This document shows positions 1 through 7,150 of a stretch of DNA of 7,150 bases, piece by piece (position 1 is the first letter of the stretch; every line of letters begins with the position of its first letter). The position numbers and the translations under genes were made by a program. Source of the stretch: a virus (taxonomy: Duplodnaviria > Heunggongvirae > Uroviricota > Caudoviricetes); IMG/VR virus record IMGVR_UViG_2609459794_000001. The stretch is one strand, 5' to 3'. The notes under the pieces are model-generated. The model was not told the DNA's origin, did no database searches, and worked only from the letters and a program-made list of their open reading frames with translations.

Positions 1-271
1 GAAGGATATCGTTACTGCGGCGCAGTTCACGATTTTCACGTTCCAGCTCTTTCAGACGCTGACGTTCAGCGGTGGTGAGCCCTCCATCACCGCCCCCGGT
101 ATCCCGCTCATGCTGGCGAACCCAGACACGCAGAGTCTCCGGCGTACAGCCAATCTTTGGAGCAATGGAACAAATTGTCGCCCATTGTGAGTCATATTCG
201 CTCTGACTTTCCAGAACCATACGGACTGCCCGTTGACGGACTTCGGGGGAAAAACGAGTATTTTTAGTCAT
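1..271 (-). CDS. IS3-family transposase OrfA (helix-turn-helix DNA-binding subunit), N-terminal part; 3' end outside window
   Basis: Manual translation of the reverse complement from the ATG at 271..269 gives [30 protein letters not shown]..., continuing open to position 1. An SD-like AAAGAGG sits upstream of the ATG on the minus strand. Not in the ORF track because it is truncated by the window edge. Confidence 0.8.
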   Translation of the reverse strand, partial: MTKNTRFSPEVRQRAVRMVLESQSEYDSQWATICSIAPKIGCTPETLRVWVRQHERDTGGGDGGLTTAERQRLKELERENRELRRSNDIL

Positions 272-325
272 CCTGTTTACCTCTTTCTCAGGAAGTTTAG
301 TCTCCAGGATTCCCGGGGCGGTTCA
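1..325 (-). mobile_element. IS629-like (IS3 family) insertion sequence, left end only; element continues beyond window start
   Basis: Reverse complement of 271..325 reads as the IS terminus followed by the transposase leader (TGAACCGCCCCGGGAATCCTGGAGACTAAACTTCCTGAGAAAGAGGTAAACAGG then ATG), matching my recollection of the IS629/IS1203 end. The encoded OrfA N-terminus ([30 protein letters not shown]...) is characteristic of that element. The boundary at 325 is placed where the IS-like sequence ends and the phage reading frame begins. Confidence 0.8.
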
Positions 326-734
326 GTACCGCGCTATCGACTTCATTTACGAAGGCAATCAGATAACGTGCGGCGATAAACTGGAGTCCGTGACCGGGAA
401 ATTGCAATTCGACATCAGCAGCCAGTACGACAAGCAACAGGAACATCTGCTGTTTACTCCTCTGTTCAAAGCGGATAACGCCAGAGTTTTCGACCTTGAA
501 GTTGAATCGTCAACTGGAGTTGCGCAGTATGCTGACCGCCTTTTTCTCTCTGCAACCACTGACGGCATCAATTACGGGCGTGAGCAGATGATTGAGCAGA
601 ATGAACCGTTCGTTTACGACAAACGCGTTTTGTGGAAGCGTGTCGGGCGAATAAGGAAAAATGTCGGCTTCAAATTGCGCGTTATCACTAAGTCACCTGT
701 CACTCTCTCAGGCTGCCAGATAAGGATTGAGTAA
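326..734 (+). pseudogene. C-terminal remnant of P22-like tail hub protein (gene 10 equivalent), 5' part separated by IS629 insertion
   Basis: The frame of the 390..734 track ORF (GTG at 390) stays open upstream with no stop all the way to the IS junction at 325/326, so the ORF is a fragment of a larger gene. Its stop overlaps the start of the tail needle gene (TAATG at 732..736), as gene 10 does with gene 26 in P22-like late operons. Assignment to gene 10 is by synteny; I cannot confirm it by sequence recall. Confidence 0.55.
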
Positions 735-1435
735 TGGTTGATTCATCACTGAATGATCCTGTCGTGGTTCAGGCTACGCGCCTTGATGCTTCAATTTTGC
801 CACGCAATATATTCAGCCAGTCTTACCTGCTGTATGTCATAAATCAGGGAGCTGATGTCGGCGCAATTGCCGGGAAGGCAAATCAGGCTGGTCAGGGCGC
901 TTACGATGCCCAGGTAAAAAACGATGAACAGGATGTCGAACTGGCTGATCACGACGCAAGAATCACCGCAAACACAAAAGCGATAAATCTCCTTGAGGTC
1001 AGGTTAACAACCGCCGAAGGGAAGATAGTCGTACTGCGTAGCGATGTTGATTACTTGCTGGATGAGGTTATCGATATTCAGGGGCATCTGGTCACTGTTG
1101 ACCAAAGACTGGATGACGTAGAAAACGATGTCTCTGGCATTAAGAGTGATTACGTATCGAAAACCGTAACAGAATCGCAGTCTCTTGCGTCACCGCTGGA
1201 TGTAAAAACATCATATTCAGTTGATGGAATTCAGGTTGTTGGAGCAAGAAATACCGGATGGACTGCAGCCACAGGTACACCTCTTCTTGGCTCATTCAAC
1301 GCTAACCAGTCATACACTGTCGGCACTACGTACACACAATCCGAAGTCGCAGCTATCGCTACAGGTTTGGAGCAGGCGCGGCAGCGTATTCTGGCGCTTG
1401 AAACAGCACTTAGATTACATGGGTTGATTGACTGA
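734..1435 (+). CDS. Tail needle protein (P22 gp26 family), 233 aa
   Basis: ORF of 233 aa, the same length as P22 gp26 as I recall it. The N-terminus ([35 protein letters not shown]...) resembles the conserved gp26 hub-binding domain. A heptad-like coiled-coil character runs through the middle and the protein ends ...[22 protein letters not shown] lies 7 nt upstream of the ATG. Position between the gene 10 remnant and gene 14 fits. Confidence 0.8.
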   Translation: MVDSSLNDPVVVQATRLDASILPRNIFSQSYLLYVINQGADVGAIAGKANQAGQGAYDAQVKNDEQDVELADHDARITANTKAINLLEVRLTTAEGKIVVLRSDVDYLLDEVIDIQGHLVTVDQRLDDVENDVSGIKSDYVSKTVTESQSLASPLDVKTSYSVDGIQVVGARNTGWTAATGTPLLGSFNANQSYTVGTTYTQSEVAAIATGLEQARQRILALETALRLHGLID

Positions 1436-1890
1436 TGATTACATTCAAACCAACGCGAAACATCGACCTGATAGAAGCTGTCGGAAATCACCCTGACATT
1501 ATTGCCGGAAGCAACAACGGTGATGGATACGACTATAAACATGATTGCCGTTACTTTGAGGTGAACGTGCACGGGCAGTTCGGCGGCATTGTTTACTATC
1601 AGGAAATTCAGCCGCTGACATTCGATTGCCACGCCATGTACCTGCCAGAGATTCGCGGCTTCAGCAAGGAAATCGGGCTGGCGTTCTGGCGATACATTCT
1701 GACTAACACCACCGTTCAGTGCGTCACATCGTTCGCTGCACGCAAATTCCGCCACGGGCAGATGTACTGCGCAATGATTGGCCTTAAGCGTGTCGGAACC
1801 ATCAAGAAATACTTTAAAGGCGTGGATGACGTGACTTTTTACAGCGCCACACGCGAAGAACTAATCGACTTCCTGAATCACGGGAGATAG
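1435..1890 (+). CDS. P22 gp14-like virion assembly/ejection-associated protein, 151 aa
   Basis: ORF whose start overlaps the tail needle stop (TGATG at 1433..1437), indicating translational coupling. It occupies the gene 14 position between the needle gene and the gp7-like gene. Assignment is by synteny only. Confidence 0.6.
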   Translation: MITFKPTRNIDLIEAVGNHPDIIAGSNNGDGYDYKHDCRYFEVNVHGQFGGIVYYQEIQPLTFDCHAMYLPEIRGFSKEIGLAFWRYILTNTTVQCVTSFAARKFRHGQMYCAMIGLKRVGTIKKYFKGVDDVTFYSATREELIDFLNHGR

Positions 1891-1892
1891 CC

Positions 1893-2585
1893 ATGTTATA
1901 TGCATTTAAGCTGGGCAGAAAACTGCGCGGCGAGGAACCTTATTGCCCTGAAAAAGGCGGGAAAGGTGGTAGCTCTGATAAAAGCGCAAAGTATGCCGCA
2001 GAAGCTCAGAAGTATGCCGCAGACCTGCAAAATCAGCAGTTCAACACCATCATGAACAACCTGAAGCCGTTTACTCCTCTGGCTGATAAGTATGTCGGCA
2101 GCCTCGAGAACTTATCGTCTCTGGAAGGGCAAGGTCAGGCACTTAACCAGTATTACAACTCTCAGCAGTACAAAGATCTTGCTGGTCAGGCTCGCTATCA
2201 GAGTCTGGCTGCAGCGGAAGCAACAGGTGGATTGGGTTCCACTGCAACCGGTAATCAGTTAGCAACAATCGCACCAACGCTTGGTCAGCAGTGGCTGTCT
2301 GGTCAGATGAACAACTACCAGAATCTGGCAAACGTTGGGCTTGGTGCTCTGCAAGGTCAGGCAAACGCAGGGCAGACATATGCCAACAACATGAGTCAGA
2401 TTTCGCAGCAAAGTGCGGCTCTTGCAGCGGCAAATGCCAACAGACCATCAGCAATGCAATCTGCTATTGGCGGAGGTGCGTCTGGTGCTATTGCTGGGGC
2501 CGGACTTGCGAAATTAATTGGTTCATCAACTCCGTGGGGGGCTGCGATCGGCGGCGGTCTTGGTCTGCTTGGCTCGTTGTTTTAA
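1893..2585 (+). CDS. Ejection (DNA transfer) protein, P22 gp7 family, 230 aa
   Basis: N-terminus MLYAFKLGRKLRGEEPYCPEKGGKGG, a Q/N/A-rich middle and a Gly/Ala-rich hydrophobic C-terminus (...GGGASGAIAGAGLAKLIGSSTPWGAAIGGGLGLLGSLF) match my recollection of P22 gp7. Length is within one residue of P22 gp7 as I remember it (229 aa). SD GGGAGA lies 5 nt upstream of the ATG. Confidence 0.8.
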   Translation: MLYAFKLGRKLRGEEPYCPEKGGKGGSSDKSAKYAAEAQKYAADLQNQQFNTIMNNLKPFTPLADKYVGSLENLSSLEGQGQALNQYYNSQQYKDLAGQARYQSLAAAEATGGLGSTATGNQLATIAPTLGQQWLSGQMNNYQNLANVGLGALQGQANAGQTYANNMSQISQQSAALAAANANRPSAMQSAIGGGASGAIAGAGLAKLIGSSTPWGAAIGGGLGLLGSLF

Positions 2586-2595
2586 GGGGTAATCA

Positions 2596-3975
2596 ATGGC
2601 TACGTGGCAACAGGGTATTAATTCTGGTGGTTTTCTGGCTGGCATCGGTACGCAAAATGAGAATGCGCCAAAGGCAAGCGACATTAACGCAACGCTTGGT
2701 CTGATCCGCGAAAACAATGAACTGGCTCGCTCAGGTGTAAATAACGTTGGCCTGACCGCGTTACGTGGTCTGGCTGGAGTTGCTGATATTTACAATCAGG
2801 AACAGCAACAGAAAGCTATTAGTGAGTTCAATAAGGTTCACGCTGATGCATGGGCTTCTGGTGATCCATCGGGACTATTTAAGTTTGCCCAGGAAAATCC
2901 AGCGTTTGTTGCACAGGCACAACAGGCGTTTTCCGGTCTTAATGATCAGCAACGCAACGATATGGGCGATTTAGCCATGAGGGCTAACGTCGCTCTTTCT
3001 CAGGGGCCGGAAGCCTACAGTAAATTCATTACTGACAACAAGGACAGGTTAAATCGCGTTGGGGCTAATGCTGACTGGATGATTCAGACAGGTATCCAGA
3101 ATCCAGAGCAGCTATCACACATGCTGACTACTATGTCTCTCGGTGCACTTGGGCCAGAAAAGGCGTTTGCTGTTCAGGACAAGATGGCTGGTCGTGAAAT
3201 TGACAGAGGCAGGCTGGCAGAGACAATCCGCAGCAATCAGGCTGGCGAGGCGCTAACAGCACGTGGTCAGAATATCACGATGCGCGGTCAGGATTTATCG
3301 ATGCAGAGAGCATCAATGAAAGGGTCGGTTGGGAATAATGAGCGTACAGTTCAGTTAGCAGATGGCAGAACTGTAACGGTAGGCGGGAAGCTTCACGGCG
3401 CTGGGGCTAATGCGTTCTACGAAGGTATCGACAACGAGGGGAATATGGTTCGCGTCCCTGCTGGCTCTATTGCCGCTCCGGCTACATCGGCAGCAAGCGC
3501 GCAGAATTACGCAATGAAGAAAGATCTTGATGCAATTTCTGGTGCATCAATTGACGATCTTGGCTTCATGACTGGCATTACAGGCTCTTCAGGTTCTCCT
3601 GCTCTTGGTGCAGATATTCGTAGCCGTGCATCTGGTGGTGATCAGAGGAAACTATACAACGCTGCACAGCGAATCCAAGGAAAGATGCAGAATCAGGGCA
3701 TTGCAGCAGCCAGAGACATGGGGGCATCCGGTATCAACACCGTTGCAGAAGCAAAGATGTATTTTCAAGGTATGCCACAGGTTGATTTCTCAAGCCCTGA
3801 AGCACTGCAACAATCAATGCGCGACATTCAGCAATATACCGACAATTACAACCAGCAATATAACGTTAATGTCGGTAATGGAGGGAAGAAATCATCAATG
3901 CAACAGCCGCCTACTCAGCAATCAGCAGGAGGTAGCTACACGTCAAAATCAGGCATTCAATTTACGGTGGAATGA
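2596..3975 (+). CDS. Ejection (DNA transfer) protein, P22 gp20 family, 459 aa
   Basis: N-terminus [22 protein letters not shown]... and the size (459 aa; P22 gp20 is about 470 aa as I recall) fit gp20. SD AAGGGG lies 6 nt upstream of the ATG. It follows the gp7-like gene and overlaps the gp16-like gene start. Confidence 0.8.
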   Translation: MATWQQGINSGGFLAGIGTQNENAPKASDINATLGLIRENNELARSGVNNVGLTALRGLAGVADIYNQEQQQKAISEFNKVHADAWASGDPSGLFKFAQENPAFVAQAQQAFSGLNDQQRNDMGDLAMRANVALSQGPEAYSKFITDNKDRLNRVGANADWMIQTGIQNPEQLSHMLTTMSLGALGPEKAFAVQDKMAGREIDRGRLAETIRSNQAGEALTARGQNITMRGQDLSMQRASMKGSVGNNERTVQLADGRTVTVGGKLHGAGANAFYEGIDNEGNMVRVPAGSIAAPATSAASAQNYAMKKDLDAISGASIDDLGFMTGITGSSGSPALGADIRSRASGGDQRKLYNAAQRIQGKMQNQGIAAARDMGASGINTVAEAKMYFQGMPQVDFSSPEALQQSMRDIQQYTDNYNQQYNVNVGNGGKKSSMQQPPTQQSAGGSYTSKSGIQFTVE

Positions 3976-5813
3976 TGAAAGTAACTGCAAACGGTAAGAC
4001 ATTTACCTTCCCTGATGGTACGAGCACGGAAGATATTGGCACCGCCATTGATGAGTATTTTGCTGGTCAGGCTGTTCAGCAACAAACAGTTAATCAGGCC
4101 AATAATGAACCAGCACGTGAAGAACCATCATTGATGCAACAAGCTGGCGATTGGCTCACTGGTGGTCAAAGTGCAGGGCAAATTGCAGAACAGGCTGGTC
4201 GTGGTCTGGTAAACATACCATTTGACGTATTGCAGGGTGGCGCAAGTCTGATTAATGCAATCAGTCAGGGGCTTGGTGGGCCAAAAGTATTGGATGATGT
4301 TTATCGTCCAGTAGACAGACCGACAGACCCCTACGCACAAGCAGGTGAAACAATTGGTGGGTATTTAGTTCCAGGAGTTGGAACGGCAGGAAGCATGGCT
4401 ATTGGATCACTGGCAGAGGCCGCAAATCAGAAAGGCGATTTCGCACAAAATGCAGCTAAAAATGCCGGAGTTAACCTTGCCGCTCAGGGTGTTCTTTCCG
4501 CAGCAGCAAAGGGAATAGGGCGTGGAATAACGGCTATAAAAGGTGATATTGCGCCAGAAGTGGCGAAGAAAATTGCCACATCAGAATCGATGGGCGTGAC
4601 ACCAATGACATCTGATGTTATCCCGCCGAAAAATGCTTTCACTCGCGGCCTTACTCAGGATGCCGAGGGGGCTTTGCTCGGAACAGGCTCAAAGAGAGCG
4701 GAGCAATATGCAACGCGTAGTAAGCTGGTAAGCAATTATTTTGACCGTTTTGGTGAGTACAACCCTGATGATGTGGTGAAATCTCTGACCACCACGTTAA
4801 GGGGGCGGAAGGATGCCGCTGGCGCTGTTATCAATGACGTCACCAATAAAATGGGTAATGCCGCAGTTGATACCACAAATACCATGAATGCTCTGAATAC
4901 AGCGATCGCAAGACAGGAACGACTTGGGACGTCTGCCAATCAAAGCCTGCTTACATCCTTGCGTAACCTACGTGAAGAATTAGCAAACCCTGCAACTGAT
5001 TTGGATGTTACGTTTGATCTCTTGCGTCAGCACAGAACAGCATTTAGATCTAATGTTCAGGGAGATGCTATGGTCTTCCCCAACCAGGCAAAAGCAGCTA
5101 CCAATATGGTAGAGAATGCAATGTCAAAAGACCTTCGTAACGCAGTTGCAAAAAACCTCGGTGCATCAGACGCAGCAAAATACCTTAAAGCAAATTCTGA
5201 TTATGCAAACGTTTATAATAAGGTGCTTAATAAAAACATTGCTAACAAACTCAACAAGGCAAGCAGTGAAGCCAGCCCTGAACTTATAAATACCGTTGTA
5301 TTAAGCAGAAAACCATCTGACGTGAAACGAATATGGAGCGCGCTGGATGATAAGGGGAAAGATGCTATGCGTGCAGCTTACGTCAGCAAAATAGCGGAAA
5401 AGGCCGGGGACTCTCCAGCCAAGTTCATCACTGAAGTTAATAAGCTGAAATCTCAGTCAGGCGGTGAAATTTACAACACTATTTTTTCTGGAAAGCACAT
5501 GAAAGAGCTTGATGCTCTTCATGAAGTTCTACAGCAAACAGCAAGGTCAGACACCGCAAATGTAGTAACTCAGACGGGGCAATCGCAAGCCAACAGGATA
5601 AGGACGATTGGCGCAACTGCGACCCTTGGCGTATCAATGGGGCTTGAGGCTGGTTTTGGTGCAATGATGCGCTTGTATGAGTCCAAAGCAGCAAGGAATG
5701 CTCTCTTACGTCTGGCAAACACTAAAGCTGGAACGCCAGCTTATGAAAGAGCGCTAAATCAGGCTGCTACTGCCGTGCGCCCGCTCTTAGCTAACGAAGC
5801 GACCCGGCAGTAG
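3972..5813 (+). CDS. Ejection (DNA transfer) protein, P22 gp16 family, about 612 aa
   Basis: N-terminus (M)[31 protein letters not shown]... and the size (P22 gp16 is about 609 aa as I recall) fit gp16. There are tandem ATG codons at 3972 and 3975; the first overlaps the gp20 stop (ATGA). A GGTGG SD-like motif ends at 3970, which favours the second ATG (3975) as the true start. Confidence 0.8.
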   Translation: MMKVTANGKTFTFPDGTSTEDIGTAIDEYFAGQAVQQQTVNQANNEPAREEPSLMQQAGDWLTGGQSAGQIAEQAGRGLVNIPFDVLQGGASLINAISQGLGGPKVLDDVYRPVDRPTDPYAQAGETIGGYLVPGVGTAGSMAIGSLAEAANQKGDFAQNAAKNAGVNLAAQGVLSAAAKGIGRGITAIKGDIAPEVAKKIATSESMGVTPMTSDVIPPKNAFTRGLTQDAEGALLGTGSKRAEQYATRSKLVSNYFDRFGEYNPDDVVKSLTTTLRGRKDAAGAVINDVTNKMGNAAVDTTNTMNALNTAIARQERLGTSANQSLLTSLRNLREELANPATDLDVTFDLLRQHRTAFRSNVQGDAMVFPNQAKAATNMVENAMSKDLRNAVAKNLGASDAAKYLKANSDYANVYNKVLNKNIANKLNKASSEASPELINTVVLSRKPSDVKRIWSALDDKGKDAMRAAYVSKIAEKAGDSPAKFITEVNKLKSQSGGEIYNTIFSGKHMKELDALHEVLQQTARSDTANVVTQTGQSQANRIRTIGATATLGVSMGLEAGFGAMMRLYESKAARNALLRLANTKAGTPAYERALNQAATAVRPLLANEATRQ

Positions 5814-5835
5814 CACTGTAAGCCAAGGACGGCAT

Positions 5836-6330
5836 TTATTTTATAGTTTTTATGAATTCTTTATTAAATCCCTTAGCTTCTCCGGGGTATCTTCCAAAGA
5901 CAATTTTTATAAAAACAGAAAAAATAAAGATAGCAACGCTTAACAACAGTTGCAGTATCATTGGAACCCAAAGAACTACAGGCTCTATATTCATGAAACC
6001 AAATATTCTTCCGGCGATCATGGCGAAGTACCACACTGTTATCAGCAAACTTAGTGGCATATGAATTACTGATATTACCAATCCAAGAGCATCAGTAATT
6101 CTATTTTCAAATTTTTCAGGAGAAAACTTTTCTTTAAGGTAATTCAGTGCGCAGGCCTCATTCTCTGGATTTTCAGCATTTTTCCCTATAGCAATAGAAA
6201 TCTCAGATATCCTTGATTCAATTCTTTTGCGTTTAATAAAACTAGAAAAAAAGAACCACGCAATCTGCAACCCTATCCCCATAAATAGAGTTGCGGCAAC
6301 TAGCACAGCGTAACTCATAGAATCAGACAC
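5836..6330 (-). CDS. Small inner-membrane protein with three predicted transmembrane helices; candidate SieA-type superinfection exclusion protein (by position)
   Basis: Minus-strand ORF in a strongly AT-rich segment. Three long hydrophobic stretches are visible ([25 protein letters not shown]; [26 protein letters not shown]; [28 protein letters not shown]) separated by charged loops. It is convergent with gene 16, 22 bp away, at the locus where P22 carries sieA. Start is uncertain: GTG at 6330 has AGAGG 5 nt upstream (preferred), ATG at 6318 has no well-spaced SD, and the track's longest version starts at GTG 6402. Confidence 0.6.
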   Translation of the reverse strand: MSDSMSYAVLVAATLFMGIGLQIAWFFFSSFIKRKRIESRISEISIAIGKNAENPENEACALNYLKEKFSPEKFENRITDALGLVISVIHMPLSLLITVWYFAMIAGRIFGFMNIEPVVLWVPMILQLLLSVAIFIFSVFIKIVFGRYPGEAKGFNKEFIKTIK

Positions 6331-6518
6331 ACCAACCTCTTTAGTTTTTCTAGTTACTTTGTCACGATAGGATATGCGAATTGATAAAACTAAATTGCGC
6401 ACATGATAACTCAGTAATAATTGTTAATGAAAACATGATCACCTATATTGCACAAGGCGAAACAGGAAGCATAATCTGGTTTCATGAGTGTGATCACGTT
6501 TGGGTAAATCAAAGTCAA

Positions 6519-6541
6519 GGTGATGCTGCCAACTTACTGAT
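6519..6541 (+). repeat. IS1 left terminal inverted repeat (IRL)
   Basis: Direct read of GGTGATGCTGCCAACTTACTGAT at the start of the IS1 copy. Confidence 0.85.
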
Positions 6542-6573
6542 TTAGTGTATGATGGTGTTTTTGAGGTGCTCCA

Positions 6574-6849
6574 GTGGCTTCTGTTTCTATCAGCTGTCCC
6601 TCCTGTTCAGCTACTGACGGGGTGGTGCGTAACGGCAAAAGCACTGCCGGACATCAGCGCTATCTCTGCTCTCACTGCCGTAAAACATGGCAACTGCAGT
6701 TCACTTACACCGCTTCTCAACCCGGTACGCACCAGAAAATCATTGATATGGCCATGAATGGCGTTGGATGCCGGGCAACTGCCCGCATTATGGGCGTTGG
6801 CCTCAACACGGTTTTACGTCACTTAAAAAACTCAGTCCGCAGTCGGTAA
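6574..6849 (+). CDS. insA: IS1 InsA (transposition inhibitor / N-terminal part of InsAB' transposase), 91 aa
   Basis: GTG-initiated ORF giving [91 protein letters not shown]. This matches IS1 InsA, including the zinc-finger Cys pairs and helix-turn-helix, with a few substitutions relative to the canonical sequence as I recall it. Confidence 0.92.
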   Translation: MASVSISCPSCSATDGVVRNGKSTAGHQRYLCSHCRKTWQLQFTYTASQPGTHQKIIDMAMNGVGCRATARIMGVGLNTVLRHLKNSVRSR

Positions 6850-7150
6850 CCTCGCGCATACAACCGGGCAGTGATGTGATTGTCTGCGCTGAAATGGACG
6901 AACAGTGGGGCTACGTCGGTGCTAAATCACGTCAGCGCTGGCTGTTTTACGCGTATGACAGGATACGGAGGACAGTTGTGGCGCACGTTTTCGGTGAACG
7001 CACTCTGGCCACACTGGCGCGTCTTCTGAGCCTGCTGTCGGCCTTTGAGGTCGTGGTATGGATGACGGATGGCTGGCCGCTGTATGAATCACGCCTGAAG
7101 GGAAAGCTGCACGTTATCAGCAAGCGTTACACTCAGCGCATTGAGCGACA
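6768..7150 (+). CDS. insB: IS1 InsB reading frame (C-terminal catalytic part of InsAB' transposase), truncated by window end
   Basis: Manual translation of the -1 frame from ATG 6768 gives [64 protein letters not shown]..., matching IS1 InsB. The frame is open to the window end. Not in the ORF track because no stop is reached. Confidence 0.88.
   Translation, partial: MPGNCPHYGRWPQHGFTSLKKLSPQSVTSRIQPGSDVIVCAEMDEQWGYVGAKSRQRWLFYAYDRIRRTVVAHVFGERTLATLARLLSLLSAFEVVVWMTDGWPLYESRLKGKLHVISKRYTQRIER
6825..6831 (+). promoter_or_regulatory. IS1 A6C programmed -1 ribosomal frameshift motif (insA to insB fusion site)
   Basis: AAAAAAC read directly at 6825..6831 within TTAAAAAACTC near the end of insA. 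In IS1 this slippery run is the established site of the -1 frameshift that produces InsAB' transposase. Confidence 0.75.

Larger units (their letters stand above)
6519..7150 (+). mobile_element. IS1 insertion sequence, left end and most of the body; right end outside window
   Basis: Positions 6519..6541 read GGTGATGCTGCCAACTTACTGAT, the IS1 left terminal inverted repeat as I recall it, followed by insA and insB in the canonical arrangement. IS1 is about 768 bp, so the element would end near 7286, beyond the window. Confidence 0.9.

Noticed and set aside
359-571. 70-aa minus-strand ORF antisense to the tail hub remnant
   Set aside because: Antisense to the open hub-gene frame, with no start signals and no recognisable protein features.
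1231-1755. 174-aa minus-strand ORF antisense to the tail needle and gp14 genes
   Set aside because: It lies entirely within two well-supported, translationally coupled plus-strand genes, has no recognisable ribosome binding site, and its product is low-complexity. Most likely a chance open frame.
2291-2704. 137-aa plus-strand ORF in an alternative frame overlapping gp7 and the gp20 start
   Set aside because: Out-of-frame overlap with a conserved ejection gene; the Cys/Trp/Arg-rich product is typical of off-frame translation of Gln/Ala/Gly-rich coding sequence.
3605-3997. 130-aa plus-strand ORF in an alternative frame inside gp20
   Set aside because: Fully embedded in the gp20 coding sequence with no independent start signals.
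5814-5835. Possible bidirectional terminator between the convergent gene 16 and membrane protein gene
   Set aside because: The 22-bp gap contains no convincing GC-rich inverted repeat followed by a T-run on either strand; any terminator probably lies within the coding 3' ends or is factor-dependent.
5852-6064. 70-aa plus-strand ORF antisense to the membrane protein gene
   Set aside because: AT-rich sequence produces chance ORFs; it is antisense to a better-supported gene and has no ribosome binding site.
6545-6757. 70-aa plus-strand ORF inside IS1 overlapping insA in another frame
   Set aside because: IS1 organisation is well established as insA followed by insB in the -1 frame; this is an out-of-frame artefact.
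1-7150. Possibility that the two flanking IS elements form a composite transposon carrying the phage genes
   Set aside because: The flanking elements are from different families (IS3-family IS629 and IS1), so they cannot act as a matched pair. Independent insertions into a prophage are the simpler explanation.

Overview
This window reads as the distal late (virion) operon of a P22-like podovirus prophage, bracketed and damaged by two insertion sequences. All protein identifications are from my own recall of family sequences and gene order, not from a database search. On the left, the end of an IS629-like (IS3 family) element (1..325, transposase orfA on the minus strand) interrupts a gene whose open frame runs to the IS junction; by position this is the C-terminal remnant of tail hub gene 10 (326..734). 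Five tightly packed plus-strand genes follow in canonical P22 order: tail needle gp26 (734..1435), gp14 (1435..1890), and the three ejection proteins gp7 (1893..2585), gp20 (2596..3975) and gp16 (3972..5813). Directly after gene 16, convergently oriented, is an AT-rich segment (about 5814..6518) encoding a small three-helix membrane protein (5836..6330, minus strand). This is the position where P22-like phages carry the SieA superinfection-exclusion gene, and it is the strongest candidate here for an immunity function. On the right, an IS1 element starts at 6519 (insA 6574..6849, partial insB 6768..7150) and runs off the window. The two IS types suggest an Escherichia or Shigella host carrying a defective, partly domesticated prophage. 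No tRNA, rRNA or CRISPR array was seen.
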